Of a stretch of 64,000 bases of DNA, positions 21,549 to 35,772 are shown one piece after another; positions within the stretch are counted from its first letter, which is position 1; each line of letters starts with the position of its first letter. Location: positions 62,001 through 126,000 of the forward strand of contig CDROCS010002834.1 in the NCBI GenBank assembly GCA_977020255.1, in the 5' to 3' direction. This DNA is from Obrimoposthia wandeli (Eukaryota). The notes beneath the pieces are model-generated. The model searched no databases, had not been told where the DNA came from, and saw only the letters and a list, made by a program, of their open reading frames with translations. Both the position numbers and the translations under genes were made by a program.

Positions 21549-21824
21549 TTAGTTCTCGCCGATGATCCGGAAGAAAGTTTCATTAGGCTTAATCATGCCT
21601 AATTCACTTCTTGCCCGCTCTTCTACCGATTCTTGACCGCGGCGCAAATCATCAATTTCAGCGTACATTTGTTGATTACGTTGAACGAGTTCCGCATTGG
21701 CTTTTTGTTGAATATTGACATTAGCTTCAACGGCTAAATAATCCATCAAGCCATTTTTACCTAACCAAAAATCATATTGTAGCCAACACAAGGTAGCCAG
21801 TAGCAGCACAGATAACAGACGCAT
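21549..21824 (-). CDS. ftsB: Cell division protein FtsB (start at MRLLSV)
   Basis: TM helix, WLGKNG, coiled coil, [19 protein letters not shown]. Confidence 0.93.
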   Translation of the reverse strand: MRLLSVLLLATLCWLQYDFWLGKNGLMDYLAVEANVNIQQKANAELVQRNQQMYAEIDDLRRGQESVEERARSELGMIKPNETFFRIIGEN

Positions 21825-22022
21825 GCACTTCCCCACTTATCGTGTTAATTATTTGATACTCATTATATGAGGATAAATAGCCATTACATTGATTAACGAT
21901 ACATACCATGATTGCTAAGCAGTGAAATGAATATTCGCTGTAATAATCCCATAAAGCGCAGTTTGTGACTAGCACTAGACTTTTAGTCTGGCTTATTCAG
22001 AGATAAAAAAGACACGAGATAT

Positions 22023-22050
22023 AAAAAAACCGCCTCAAAAGAGGCGGTTT
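22023..22050 (-). terminator. eno terminator
   Basis: AAACCGCCTC-TTTT-GAGGCGGTTTTTTT. Confidence 0.8.
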
Positions 22051-22092
22051 CAGAAGAATAAGGGTTAGTTACCCAAAGTCATTGCTTAATAA

Positions 22093-23409
<1,317 letters not shown>

Positions 23410-23477
23410 TTATCTTCAATTTAAAAGCTAAAAAATAGCCGTAGTGGGTTATATCTACAGCTATCCGTAATCCTTAC

Positions 23478-25184
<1,707 letters not shown>

Positions 25185-25347
25185 TTATTGCCACAACGTG
25201 AAAACTATCACAGCATTCATCGTTTTTTTTGTCTCAAATCAATTATACCGACTACATAGGCCGAACGGTCAAAAATCAACCGACAAATGTTACTCTTTTT
25301 AGTAAAAAAGACCAGTAAATATACATCGAATAATCAATGAATTAAAT

Positions 25348-26169
25348 TTATGATGATGACGATTCTTGGCGCTCAGTACGTTTCACCTTGTCCCATTCGT
25401 TATCCAATATATCCAATGAACAACTTTCTAAGCGCATCCCTTTTTCTAGCACGCTTTTTTCAACTTGGCGAAATCGCTTTTCAAATTTTTTGTTTGCGCG
25501 TTGTAAAGCAAGCTCTGGCTTTACCTTTAAATGGCGGCTTAAATTCACTACAGAAAATAGCAAATCACCCATTTCTTCTTCGATATTAGCTTGATTAGGT
25601 GACACTTGAATAACTTCATCCATGACTTCATCCAGTTCTTCTTTTACTTTATCAACCACGGGTGCAATCGTATCCCAATCAAAACCATGTTTTGAACAAC
25701 GTTTTTGAATTTTTTCGGCACGGCTCAAGGCTGGTAATGCTAAGGGAATATCGGCTAATACACTTTCATCGTGCCCTTTTGCATCTCGCTCTTTCGCTTT
25801 TTCAGCTTCCCAATTGGCGTTTATTTCTTCGTCGTCAGCAAATTGAGCATCACTAAAAACATGGGGATGACGGCGCGTTAATTTTTCATTTAATCCAGCA
25901 ACCACATCATTAAAATCAAACAACTCTTGCTCTTTGCCTAGCTGGCTATAAAAAATTATTTGAAACAATAAATCGCCTAATTCTTCACGTACATTGCTCC
26001 AATTTTTTTGCTCGATAGCATCGGCAACCTCGTAAGCTTCTTCAATCGTATGCGGAATAATCGAAGAAAAGTCTTGTTTAAGATCCCACGGGCATCCTTT
26101 TTGAGGATCACGCAATGTGGCCATAATCTCGAGTAACTGTTCGATTGGTGCTGATTTATGTTCGCTCAT
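25348..26169 (-). CDS. mazG: Nucleoside triphosphate pyrophosphohydrolase MazG
   Basis: LRDPQKGCPWD, EEAYEVADAI, EELGDLL, tandem MazG domains. Confidence 0.96.
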   Translation of the reverse strand: MSEHKSAPIEQLLEIMATLRDPQKGCPWDLKQDFSSIIPHTIEEAYEVADAIEQKNWSNVREELGDLLFQIIFYSQLGKEQELFDFNDVVAGLNEKLTRRHPHVFSDAQFADDEEINANWEAEKAKERDAKGHDESVLADIPLALPALSRAEKIQKRCSKHGFDWDTIAPVVDKVKEELDEVMDEVIQVSPNQANIEEEMGDLLFSVVNLSRHLKVKPELALQRANKKFEKRFRQVEKSVLEKGMRLESCSLDILDNEWDKVKRTERQESSSS

Positions 26170-26246
26170 AATAGTTCGCTATTGGTTTTTGCGGTGATAG
26201 ATATGGCTACGTCACGCATGCCGCTTGGTTGCAGATTACCAGAAAC

Positions 26247-26273
26247 AAAAACGGGAAGCGCAATGGCTTCCCG
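26247..26273 (-). terminator. Terminator-like hairpin after relA
   Basis: Minus strand CGGGAAGC-CATTGC-GCTTCCCG-TTTTT. Confidence 0.65.
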
Positions 26274-26281
26274 ATTAAAGT

Positions 26282-26344
26282 TTCTAGTTTCTAATCTCGA
26301 GATTCTAGGTGCTAGACTCTCGCTTCTCGATACTAGATTCTCAA
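26282..26344. repeat. Degenerate 7-bp tandem array (9 units, TTCTAGA/TTCTCGA-like)
   Basis: TTCTAGT TTCTAAT CTCGAGA TTCTAGG TGCTAGA CTCTCGC TTCTCGA TACTAGA TTCTCAA. Confidence 0.8.
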
Positions 26345-26350
26345 TTTTCA

Positions 26351-28582
26351 CTAATACAAACGCTTAGCTTCAGCGACATCTTTAACTTGTTCGATACGCT
26401 TCAGCACTTTACTCAAAACTTCTAAATCGGTGAGTTCTAAATCAAAGTCCATAATCGACATCTGCTTTTTGTAGTCAATACGACTTTTCATTCCCGCCAC
26501 TTTTGCTTTTTCATTGGCTAAAGTATTGGTCAGCTCTTTAATCAATCCGTTACGTTCAGAGGCTATTACTCGAACTGTAATAGTATAATTACCCACAAAA
26601 CCACCACCCCATACCGTATGAATAATACGTTCTGGTACATGGTGACGAAGCTCTGCAAGTTGCTCACAGTCATTACGGTGAACTGAAATACCACGACCTT
26701 GGGTGACAAAACCCACAATTTCATCACCAGGAATAGGCTGACAACAGCGTGCTAAATGCGTCATTAAGTTGTCGACACCTTCAACAACAACAGCATCACG
26801 CTGAGGCTTTTTCGCACTGGTACTGATTTTGGTGCTCGCTTCAGTCAGCTTATCCACTAACTGTTGATCTTCCTCTTCTGCCGTCGGCTTATTAATAATC
26901 ATGCTGATGTGATTAACCACTTGGTTAATACGCAAATCACCACTACCAATACCAACAAACAATTCATCTACGTTTTTAGCATTAAAACGCTTTAATGCAT
27001 ACGCTTCTGCATCTTTAAGCTTGACGCCGATTTTATGCAGTTCAAGCTCTAAAATTTCACGCCCTGCCACCATATTTTTATCATGAGCTTGCTTGCGGAA
27101 CCACGCATGCACTTTGGCTCTTGCTCGACCAGAGGTCACAAAGCCTAAATTAGGGTTTAGCCAATCTCGTGATGGATTTGCTTCTTTTTGGGTGATAATT
27201 TCAACTTGCTCTCCCATCTGTAAGTGATAAGTAAATGGCACAATACGCCCTTCTACTTTGGCGCCAATACAGCGGTGCCCAACTTCAGAGTGAATATGGT
27301 AAGCAAAATCGAGTGGCGTTGCATTTAAAGGCAAATCAACTACATCACCCTTTGGCGTAAAGGCATAGACACGATCATCAAAGACTTGGCTACGCAATTC
27401 ATCCAGCATTTCACCAGAATCAGACATTTCTTCTTGCCACACAAGTAGCTTGCGAAGCCAGTTAATTTTCTCATCATAAGATGACTTAGCAGTACCAGAT
27501 GATGTACCTTCCTTGTATTTCCAGTGTGCTGCCACACCCAATTCAGAGTCTTCATGCATTTGCTTAGTACGGATCTGAATTTCAATCGTACGCCCTTCAG
27601 GCCCTAATACGACGGTATGAATTGATTGATAGCCATTCGGTTTTGGATTTGCCACATAATCATCAAATTCTTTCGGAAGATGACGATATTTAGTATGCAC
27701 AACGCCTAATGCGGCATAACAATCTTGTAGCTGATCAGCAATAATACGTACCGCTCGCACATCAAATAGCTCATCAAACTCTAAGCTTTTCTTTTGCATC
27801 TTTCGCCAGATGCTATAAATATGCTTAGGGCGACCATGCACTTCGGCTTTGATCTGCGACGCTTTCATTGATTCATCTAAATCAGCGACAAAATGATCAA
27901 TATAATATTCACGGTCGATACGGCGTTCTGATAGTTGCTTAGCAATTTGCTTGTACACATCAGGGTGCTGATAGCGGAAAGCGTAATCTTCGATTTCCCA
28001 CTTAAGCTGACCAATACCTAAACGGTTTGCTAATGGCGCATAAATATTGGCACATTCACGTGCTGCTGTTCGGCGTACCTCATCCGGCTCATCTTTTACT
28101 TCACGTAGATTACAAATACGTTCTGCGAGCTTAATGACAACACAACGGAAGTCATCAACCATTGATAACAACATGCGGCGAATATTATCGACCTGTGCCG
28201 ATTGCTCGGCACCTTCTGTGGTCGCATTTAACTGACCAATCGCGGCCATTTGCTCAACACCTTTAACCAATTGCATAATGGTGGTGTTGTAATCTTCTTT
28301 AACTTGCTCGTGTTGATAAATCCCAGCTTCAACCAGCGGGACGACTAACGCAGCTACCAGAGTGTCAGTATCCATACTCAGGGTAACTAGAATTTCTACC
28401 ATTTCGCGGCCACGCCATAATAATAATGGCGTAGACTCTTCCCTAGTCGTTATTTCGATACATCGCTGATAGGTCTTTTTTAAGCGTTTAGATGCCTTGG
28501 CATCTTGCTGCAGGCTATCAACCCATGATGAAAGCTCAAATGTATCATTTTCCTTTAAATGCGCACCGCGAACTGCGACCAT
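26351..28582 (-). CDS. relA: GTP pyrophosphokinase RelA
   Basis: MVAVRGAH start, degenerate HD domain, PKPNGYQSIHT synthetase motif, TGS and ACT domains; next to rlmD. Confidence 0.97.
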   Translation of the reverse strand: MVAVRGAHLKENDTFELSSWVDSLQQDAKASKRLKKTYQRCIEITTREESTPLLLWRGREMVEILVTLSMDTDTLVAALVVPLVEAGIYQHEQVKEDYNTTIMQLVKGVEQMAAIGQLNATTEGAEQSAQVDNIRRMLLSMVDDFRCVVIKLAERICNLREVKDEPDEVRRTAARECANIYAPLANRLGIGQLKWEIEDYAFRYQHPDVYKQIAKQLSERRIDREYYIDHFVADLDESMKASQIKAEVHGRPKHIYSIWRKMQKKSLEFDELFDVRAVRIIADQLQDCYAALGVVHTKYRHLPKEFDDYVANPKPNGYQSIHTVVLGPEGRTIEIQIRTKQMHEDSELGVAAHWKYKEGTSSGTAKSSYDEKINWLRKLLVWQEEMSDSGEMLDELRSQVFDDRVYAFTPKGDVVDLPLNATPLDFAYHIHSEVGHRCIGAKVEGRIVPFTYHLQMGEQVEIITQKEANPSRDWLNPNLGFVTSGRARAKVHAWFRKQAHDKNMVAGREILELELHKIGVKLKDAEAYALKRFNAKNVDELFVGIGSGDLRINQVVNHISMIINKPTAEEEDQQLVDKLTEASTKISTSAKKPQRDAVVVEGVDNLMTHLARCCQPIPGDEIVGFVTQGRGISVHRNDCEQLAELRHHVPERIIHTVWGGGFVGNYTITVRVIASERNGLIKELTNTLANEKAKVAGMKSRIDYKKQMSIMDFDLELTDLEVLSKVLKRIEQVKDVAEAKRLY

Positions 28583-28623
28583 GTTTCTGTCCTGTATTCT
28601 CTGTATTGGTGATAACTACCAAA

Positions 28624-30006
28624 TCAAAGTTTGGTAACCACTCTCTTTTTTTTAACAGCCTTGGCTTTAACAAACAATGCCATCGACTCTAAATGCCCCG
28701 TCTGTGGAAACATATCTAACATTCCAAGACGTTCCAACTGATAACCTTTCTTCAGTAATACCTGACTATCTCGTGCGAGCGTCGCCGGATTACACGATAC
28801 ATATACTACCCTTTCAGGCTTAAGTTTCACTACGTGATCCATCACACCTGCAGCACCTGCACGCGCGGGATCCAGTAATATTTTATTAAAAGGCTCTCGG
28901 GCCCAAGCAAGCTTTGTCACGTCTTCATCTAGATTAGCTTGATAAAACGTAGCGTTATTCTGCTTGTTGCACATGGCATTCTCTGTTGCACGATGAACCA
29001 TTTCATCGATACCTTCAACTCCAACCACTGCTTTTGCGTGTTTTGCGAGCGGCAAACTGAAATTCCCAAGCCCACAAAATAAATCCAACACACGGTCGTT
29101 AGGCTGAAGTTCTAGCCAATCCATCGCTTGCTCTACCATTTTTTGATTCACATCACGATTGACTTGAATAAAGTCTTTCGGTGAAAAATGCAGTGTTAGA
29201 TCATCTAAACGGTAGAACGGAGTCTCGCCGTGAATCAACTCGACGTCATCTGAGGTTGGCGCTAAGAATAGGATAACATTTTGCTCTTGAGCAAAATTGA
29301 GAATCAGCGTCATATCTTTGTCAGAAAAAGGCTTTAGGTGTCGAATCAATACGACGCGACCATTATCGGCTTCAATAAGCTCAATATGACCAAGGTGTCG
29401 TTGTCCTTTCAATGTAGATAACAGACTGCGTAAAGGGGGTAAAAGTTCATTCAATGACTCGGCAAGCACTGGGCATTGCTTCACATCAACAATGTCTTTG
29501 CTCTGTTTTTTACGAAAGCCAAATTGTAACTTTCCGTCTTTACCTAGCAGAACGCTAAATCGGGCACAGCGACGATAATGATGTTCAGCCGCTATAATAG
29601 GAGTGACTTGCTCAATAGCCGCTCTTTGTTTATCAACAGCAACTTGTTGATCACCTGTAAACTTTACCATCAAGTCGCTTAACGCCTGCTGTTTAGCAAG
29701 TACCTGACCTTGATGCGATAAATGTTGCAAGTTACAACCACCACACTGGTCATAGATCGGACAATGCGGTTTAATACGTGCTGGACTGTCGATCAGACGC
29801 TTAATGACTTTAGCACGCGCATACTGTTTTTTATCGTCAGTGATCTGAACCAATGCTTTTTCACCCGGCAATAAACCGTCAACGAAAATAGACTTATTGT
29901 TTAGATGACCAATACCAGCACCCAGATGATCTAATCGATTAATAACGATTTCTTTGTGCTTAGTATCAGTGATTTTACGTTTTTGAGGCTTAAAAAAGCG
30001 TGCCAT
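28624..30006 (-). CDS. rlmD: 23S rRNA (uracil-1939-C5)-methyltransferase (start at MARFFKP)
   Basis: TRAM domain, CPIYDQCGGCNLQH Fe-S motif, LDPARAG, YVSCNP, DMFPQT. Confidence 0.95.
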   Translation of the reverse strand: MARFFKPQKRKITDTKHKEIVINRLDHLGAGIGHLNNKSIFVDGLLPGEKALVQITDDKKQYARAKVIKRLIDSPARIKPHCPIYDQCGGCNLQHLSHQGQVLAKQQALSDLMVKFTGDQQVAVDKQRAAIEQVTPIIAAEHHYRRCARFSVLLGKDGKLQFGFRKKQSKDIVDVKQCPVLAESLNELLPPLRSLLSTLKGQRHLGHIELIEADNGRVVLIRHLKPFSDKDMTLILNFAQEQNVILFLAPTSDDVELIHGETPFYRLDDLTLHFSPKDFIQVNRDVNQKMVEQAMDWLELQPNDRVLDLFCGLGNFSLPLAKHAKAVVGVEGIDEMVHRATENAMCNKQNNATFYQANLDEDVTKLAWAREPFNKILLDPARAGAAGVMDHVVKLKPERVVYVSCNPATLARDSQVLLKKGYQLERLGMLDMFPQTGHLESMALFVKAKAVKKKRVVTKL

Positions 30007-30126
30007 AGTGTTTTGACTCACGAAAAGACATTGGTTTATTGTCGAATAGCCCTAGTTTCTTTAAGCTAGGGCCACAAATGGACCACAATTCTCCCACAGA
30101 ATTGCATTCTTGTAATTAAGAGAACA

Positions 30127-32910
30127 ATGAGCAGATACGGACTTCGTGCCAGGGTCTTCACCCTGACATTAGCACCAACACTAATTATAGGCCTATTATT
30201 GAGTGCCTTTTTCACGATGAGCCGCTATCGAGATCTTGAGCACCAGCTGATTTCTACGGGTTCTAGTATCATCGAACCTTTAGCTATTTCATCTGAATAT
30301 GGGATGACAGACAAAAACCGTGAAGCCGTGCGTCGGCTAATCAGCTATACCCATAGAAAAAATTCTCAAATCATTCGAAGTATTGCGGTTTTTGATGCGA
30401 ATAATGAGTTATTTGTAACCTCTAACTTTCATCGTAACTTTGAAGCCCTGATGTACCCTACGGGCCAACCTATCCCATTATTACTTGAAACACGGTTAAG
30501 TGATAACTCACTGATATTGCGAGCCCCTATATTAGCAGAAGGGAAATTTGGCAGTAACAGTTCGACCAGTTACCAAGCCAAGGCATTGGGCTATATCGCC
30601 CTAGAATTAGATCTTAGCGCCTTACGTCTACAACAGTATCAAGAAGTCTTTACGGCTTTAATGGTATTACTGTTTGGGCTGACGCTCTCTTCATTATTTG
30701 CGTACCGCTTGATGCAAGATGTAACTCGCCCTATTTCACATATGGTGAGTGTAGTCGATAGAATTCGACGAGGGCACCTCGACATTCGAATTGAAGGGCA
30801 ACTGCTAGGTGAGCTGGATACCCTTAAAAATGGTATCAATGCCATGGCTATCTCGCTGTCTGAATACCATATCGAAATGCAACAAAGCATCGATCAGGCC
30901 ACTTCAGATTTACGAGAAACGCTTGAACAGTTAGAAATTCAAAACGTTGAGCTTGATATTGCGAAAAAACGCGCTCAAGAAGCAGCACGTGTAAAGTCGG
31001 AATTCTTAGCCAATATGTCGCATGAATTGCGAACACCACTCAACGGTGTCATTGGCTTTACTCGTCAAATGCTAAAAACGCGATTGAGTTCAAGCCAGCA
31101 CGACTATTTGCTCACCATTGAAAAATCGGCTAATAACCTCTTAACTATCATCAATGACATCCTCGACTTTTCTAAATTGGAAGCGGGCAAGTTATTACTT
31201 GAAAACATCCCATTCGACTTCACTGAATCACTTGATGAAGTCATGCGATTACTGGCACCAAGTGCGCATGAAAAAGGGCTTGAGCTAACCCTCAAAGTTG
31301 ACCATCGTATCCCTGCTGGCTTAATTGGCGATCCGTTACGTATTCAGCAGGTTGTCACGAACTTAATCGGTAATGCCGTGAAATTTACCGAACGAGGCAA
31401 CATTGATGTTTCTGTTGAATTAAAAGCCAGCAAAGATGAAAACATCGAATTGCAATTTACCGTTAGAGATACAGGCATTGGTATTTCTGAGCGCCAACAA
31501 GCCCAGTTATTCCAAGCCTTTAGCCAAGCAGATGCCAGTATATCCCGTCGCTATGGCGGTACAGGTTTAGGGCTGGTTATTACCCAGAAGCTAGTCACGC
31601 AGATGGGCGGAGAGATCAGCCTAACCAGTCGCTTACACCAAGGTTCAACATTCTGGTTCTCGTTAAGAATGCTCAAAACCGATCTTCCGGTCTCTCAACC
31701 AATCGATACTACCTCGTTAGAAGGTAAGAAAATTTTATTGATCGAACCAAATATGCAAGCGGCATCGGTAGTACAACAACGTCTTATTAGAGCGGGCATG
31801 TTTGTGACTTATCGTTCTACGATGCCTGAAGAGGTAGAACATCATCACTTTGCTTTAATTTGTTTACCTCCCGGCCAACAGCCACCTATCGCGATACTCT
31901 TGGATCGTGTATTCAAAGCAGAACAAGTTACCGATAAAGTGATCATCAGCCTACCAACCACTGAATTAGCCTTATCTGAACGCCTGATCAATGCAGGGGT
32001 ATCAGCTTGTTTAGGTAAGCCTCTCTCACACCGTAAACTGTTTGAAGTACTGAATAATGAGCCTGATGACCTCTTAGAACCCGAGTTATTATCTTTACCT
32101 GAGCCCTCTCAAAAAATTGAGCCTCTTACTGTAATGGCGGTTGATGATAACCCAGCGAACTTGAAGCTGATCTCTGCATTATTAAGTGAACGTGTCGAGA
32201 CGGTTATTACCGCAACAGGTGGTAGAAAAGCGGTCGAATACGCGCATCAAAAAGCATTTGATCTGATCTTTATGGATATTCAAATGCCCGAGATGGACGG
32301 TGTAACGGCATGTGAAGCGATTCACAAAACGGAGTTAAACCACTCAACACCGGTCATCGCGGTAACAGCACATGCTATGCCTGGCGAACGTGAGCGCTTA
32401 ATTAATGCTGGTATGGATGATTACTTAACCAAACCTATCGAAGAGCATATTCTTCAGCAAATTTTAGCGAAGTGGAATCAACATCCAGAAAATGAACACA
32501 ACCAAAATACTATTATTAATATTGAACCCGAAGTGATTTCAACGCAGCAACAACCAGTTCCAGACAACAAAGATATCAGCTGGGATTGGGATTTGGCACT
32601 GAAACAAGCAGCAGGAAAAGAAGATCTCGCCAAAGACATGCTGCAAATGCTACTCGATTTCATGCCCGAGGTTGAAATGCTGGTCAATGAAGCGCTGGAT
32701 GGAAAAGAGATTGAGTTATGGCCACCGATTCATAAACTGCATGGTAGCTGTGCATACAGTGGTGTGCCTCGCTTGAAGAACTTATGTTACACCATTGAAA
32801 CGCAGCTTAAAAACAATGCAACGCTCGCAGATATCGAACCAGAACTCTTTGAGTTAATGGATGAGATGAACCACGTTGTAAAAGCCTCGAAGGCATTTAG
32901 AAACAGGTAA
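30127..32910 (+). CDS. barA: Hybrid sensor kinase BarA/GacS/VarS
   Basis: HAMP, FLANMSHELRTPLNG, HATPase, receiver (FMDIQMP), HPt (HKLHGSCAYSG); divergent from rlmD. Confidence 0.95.
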   Translation: MSRYGLRARVFTLTLAPTLIIGLLLSAFFTMSRYRDLEHQLISTGSSIIEPLAISSEYGMTDKNREAVRRLISYTHRKNSQIIRSIAVFDANNELFVTSNFHRNFEALMYPTGQPIPLLLETRLSDNSLILRAPILAEGKFGSNSSTSYQAKALGYIALELDLSALRLQQYQEVFTALMVLLFGLTLSSLFAYRLMQDVTRPISHMVSVVDRIRRGHLDIRIEGQLLGELDTLKNGINAMAISLSEYHIEMQQSIDQATSDLRETLEQLEIQNVELDIAKKRAQEAARVKSEFLANMSHELRTPLNGVIGFTRQMLKTRLSSSQHDYLLTIEKSANNLLTIINDILDFSKLEAGKLLLENIPFDFTESLDEVMRLLAPSAHEKGLELTLKVDHRIPAGLIGDPLRIQQVVTNLIGNAVKFTERGNIDVSVELKASKDENIELQFTVRDTGIGISERQQAQLFQAFSQADASISRRYGGTGLGLVITQKLVTQMGGEISLTSRLHQGSTFWFSLRMLKTDLPVSQPIDTTSLEGKKILLIEPNMQAASVVQQRLIRAGMFVTYRSTMPEEVEHHHFALICLPPGQQPPIAILLDRVFKAEQVTDKVIISLPTTELALSERLINAGVSACLGKPLSHRKLFEVLNNEPDDLLEPELLSLPEPSQKIEPLTVMAVDDNPANLKLISALLSERVETVITATGGRKAVEYAHQKAFDLIFMDIQMPEMDGVTACEAIHKTELNHSTPVIAVTAHAMPGERERLINAGMDDYLTKPIEEHILQQILAKWNQHPENEHNQNTIINIEPEVISTQQQPVPDNKDISWDWDLALKQAAGKEDLAKDMLQMLLDFMPEVEMLVNEALDGKEIELWPPIHKLHGSCAYSGVPRLKNLCYTIETQLKNNATLADIEPELFELMDEMNHVVKASKAFRNR

Positions 32911-32950
32911 GAAGCTTACCTAAACGCGGTGTCGCAACTTAAGTGGTAGC

Positions 32951-32989
32951 AAAAAGCGCCGACGGGTAATGAACCTTCGGCGCTTTTTT
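32951..32989. terminator. Bidirectional terminator barA/acpS
   Basis: A5-GCGCCGA...TCGGCGC-T6. Confidence 0.75.
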
Positions 32990-33039
32990 AATACAGGGCT
33001 TACTCACACAAAGCTGAAAGCTGGCTGTTCACAACACAA

Positions 33040-33420
33040 CTAACTTTCAAGAATAACCGTTGCAACGGCATACCGTTTTTCATCGGCCAAAGTCAGGTGT
33101 ACATGTTTCACACCCATGCTTTCTGCCAGCTCTGCAGCCTTTCCCGATAAGGAGAGTAAAGGCTTACCGCGTTCATCGTTACTGACCGTAAAGTCTTGAA
33201 ATGATACCCCGCACGCAATGCCAGTGCCCAAGGCTTTCGACGCCGCTTCTTTAACCGCAAAACGCTTGGCTAAGTAACGGGCTTTCAACTTAAGGCTGTG
33301 GTAAATCACCAGCTCGGAGGGCGCAAGAATACGCTCAGCAAAAGCGTCGCCAGAACGAGCGAAGACTTTCTCTACTCGTTCAATGTCAGTAATGTCCGTG
33401 CCCAATCCGATTATCGCCAT
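33040..33420 (-). CDS. acpS: Holo-ACP synthase
   Basis: [24 protein letters not shown] motifs. Confidence 0.96.
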   Translation of the reverse strand: MAIIGLGTDITDIERVEKVFARSGDAFAERILAPSELVIYHSLKLKARYLAKRFAVKEAASKALGTGIACGVSFQDFTVSNDERGKPLLSLSGKAAELAESMGVKHVHLTLADEKRYAVATVILES

Positions 33421-34151
33421 TAACGACGTGCGTCCTGCATTTCTGTTTTCATGTCGGCAACGGCTTTGTTCAAGCCATCGAAGGCTGCACGACCAATGAT
33501 CGAGTGACCAATATTCAACTCGTACAGTTCAGGCAGTGCCGCTATTGGCTTCACGTTGTGATACGTCAGGCCATGACCCGCGTTCACTTTAATGCCTAAG
33601 CCATGTGCGTAAGTCGCTGCTGAAGCAATTTTTTCTAGTTCAGCTTGCTGAGCTTCTTCTGTTTCAGCGTCGGCATAATGACCGGTGTGCAGCTCAACAA
33701 ATGGAGCACCACACGCTAAGGTCGCATCAATTTGAATGCGATCTGCATCGATGAACAGCGATACTTTGATGCCCGCTTCTGTTAGCTTTTGCGTCGCCGC
33801 TTTAATTTTTTCTAACTGACCTGCAACGTCTAAACCACCTTCAGTGGTCAGCTCTTCACGTTTTTCTGGCACTAAACATACGAATTCAGGCTTAGTATCT
33901 AATGCGATGCTTACCATCTCATCAGTCACTGCCATTTCTAAATTCATACGGGTTTGAATGGTTTCTTTCAGGATACGAACATCACGGTCATTAATATGAC
34001 GACGGTCTTCACGTAGGTGAACTGTAATACCATCTGCGCCTGCACGCTCTGCAACTTCAGCTGCATGCACAGGATCAGGGTAACGCGTACCACGAGCATT
34101 ACGTAATGTTGCGATATGATCGATATTGACGCCAAGAAGTATGTTGTTCAT
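33420..34151 (-). CDS. pdxJ: Pyridoxine 5'-phosphate synthase
   Basis: [30 protein letters not shown]. Confidence 0.98.
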   Translation of the reverse strand: MNNILLGVNIDHIATLRNARGTRYPDPVHAAEVAERAGADGITVHLREDRRHINDRDVRILKETIQTRMNLEMAVTDEMVSIALDTKPEFVCLVPEKREELTTEGGLDVAGQLEKIKAATQKLTEAGIKVSLFIDADRIQIDATLACGAPFVELHTGHYADAETEEAQQAELEKIASAATYAHGLGIKVNAGHGLTYHNVKPIAALPELYELNIGHSIIGRAAFDGLNKAVADMKTEMQDARR

Positions 34152-34858
34152 TTTCCGCTATTCCTTGTTCGAGGGATAAACAACTCCCTACTTATTAATG
34201 GTTTCCCGCCAAGATACGGCTTTAAGGCTATCCGTGTAAAGCGTTTTGCTGCCTTGAGTTGTTCTGGGGTTTCAAAGCGTCGAGCAGCAATTGCCAGCAA
34301 TTGATTACCGGTAAAAGTGAGGTGCCCTGTCATCATTGAAGCGATGAAACCTTTTTGCTCTCGATAGTTATACGTCATAAGATCATCAACCGGTAAACCA
34401 CTACCTGCACAATGAAGAAAATCAATGCCGTAACCAAGGTGATGCAATAAGGCTAATTCGAAACGTCGCAATGCAGGCTCTGGGTTATCCGCTTGCGCTA
34501 ACTCACGTAAGGCATTCAAATAATCCATAAACAGCACAGGATAAGGGGTATCGTTTTCAAGCACTCGGGCCAATACTTCGTTAAGGTAAAATGCCGAATA
34601 GAGAATGTAGCCGCGCAAGGGCAGGCTAATACTGATAGGCTCGGCGTGAGTCAATGTTTTCATTGAGCCACGACCGGTCCATTTCATAAACAGAGGGGTA
34701 AAAGGCTGAAGGGTGCCTTTTAAACTGGAACGCTTTCGTCGCGCACCTTTCGACAAAATAGTAAGACGGCCATAATCCTCACTGAAAACATCAAGGATCA
34801 GACTCGTCTCACTATATGGACGAGAGTGAAGGACAAAACAACGCTGTAGCCCCTCCAT
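34148..34858 (-). CDS. recO: DNA repair protein RecO
   Basis: [22 protein letters not shown]; rnc-era-recO-pdxJ-acpS order. Confidence 0.94.
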   Translation of the reverse strand: MEGLQRCFVLHSRPYSETSLILDVFSEDYGRLTILSKGARRKRSSLKGTLQPFTPLFMKWTGRGSMKTLTHAEPISISLPLRGYILYSAFYLNEVLARVLENDTPYPVLFMDYLNALRELAQADNPEPALRRFELALLHHLGYGIDFLHCAGSGLPVDDLMTYNYREQKGFIASMMTGHLTFTGNQLLAIAARRFETPEQLKAAKRFTRIALKPYLGGKPLISRELFIPRTRNSGK

Positions 34859-34866
34859 TGTGTTCC

Positions 34867-35772
34867 TTATAGATCGTCGGTGTAACCTAGGCTGCGCAAT
34901 GCACGTTCGTCATCTGCCCATCCTGATTTCACTTTAACCCATAGTTCTAGGTACACTTTACGTCCGAATAAATCTTCCATATCAATACGGGCTTCACGAC
35001 CGATGACTTTCATCTTCTCGCCGTTTTTACCGATAACCATTTTCTTCTGGCCTTTACGCTCAACAAAAATTAATCCGTTGATATCAAAACCATCCATCTT
35101 AGGGTTGTAATCAAACCGCTCGATTTCAACCGTAACAGAATAAGGAAGTTCTTCGCCTAAGAAACGCATTAGTTTTTCACGAATGATTTCAGATGCCATA
35201 AAGCGTTGTGAACGGTCAGTCACATAATCTTCAGGGAAGTAATATTCACCTTCAGGAATGTGTGCACGTACAATTTTTTCTACCACATCAACGTTAGTAC
35301 CGCTTTTCGCAGAAACTGGCACCACATCCACAAAGTCCATCTTCTTAGATAGCGCCTCTAAATGCGGGAATAAATCGCCTTTTTCTTTAACGTTATCAAC
35401 TTTGTTGATCAACAGTACTGTTGGAAGCTCACTTTTTTTAAGCTTATTCAGTACCATTTCGTCATCAGCAGTCCACATTGTACCGTCGACTAAGAACAAT
35501 ACTAATTCAACATCAGTCAATGAGCTGCTTGCTGCTCGGTTCATCAAACGGTTAATCGTACGCTTTTCTTCAATGTGAAGACCAGGAGTATCGATAAACA
35601 CCGCTTGGTAACCATCACGGGTATCTACACCCATAATACGGTGACGTGTGGTTTGTGGTTTACGTGAAGTGATAGAAAGCTTCTGCCCAACCAAACGGTT
35701 AAGTAGCGTCGATTTACCAACGTTAGGTCGTCCTACAATGGCTATAAAGCCGCAATGCTGTTTCTCTGTCAT
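34867..35772 (-). CDS. era: GTPase Era
   Basis: [19 protein letters not shown] domain VIGKNG. Confidence 0.98.
   Translation of the reverse strand: MTEKQHCGFIAIVGRPNVGKSTLLNRLVGQKLSITSRKPQTTRHRIMGVDTRDGYQAVFIDTPGLHIEEKRTINRLMNRAASSSLTDVELVLFLVDGTMWTADDEMVLNKLKKSELPTVLLINKVDNVKEKGDLFPHLEALSKKMDFVDVVPVSAKSGTNVDVVEKIVRAHIPEGEYYFPEDYVTDRSQRFMASEIIREKLMRFLGEELPYSVTVEIERFDYNPKMDGFDINGLIFVERKGQKKMVIGKNGEKMKVIGREARIDMEDLFGRKVYLELWVKVKSGWADDERALRSLGYTDDL

Noticed and set aside
26170-26350. mazEF toxin-antitoxin remnant
   Set aside because: No similarity to MazE or MazF that I can see in the frames read; absence here may be the normal Vibrionaceae state.
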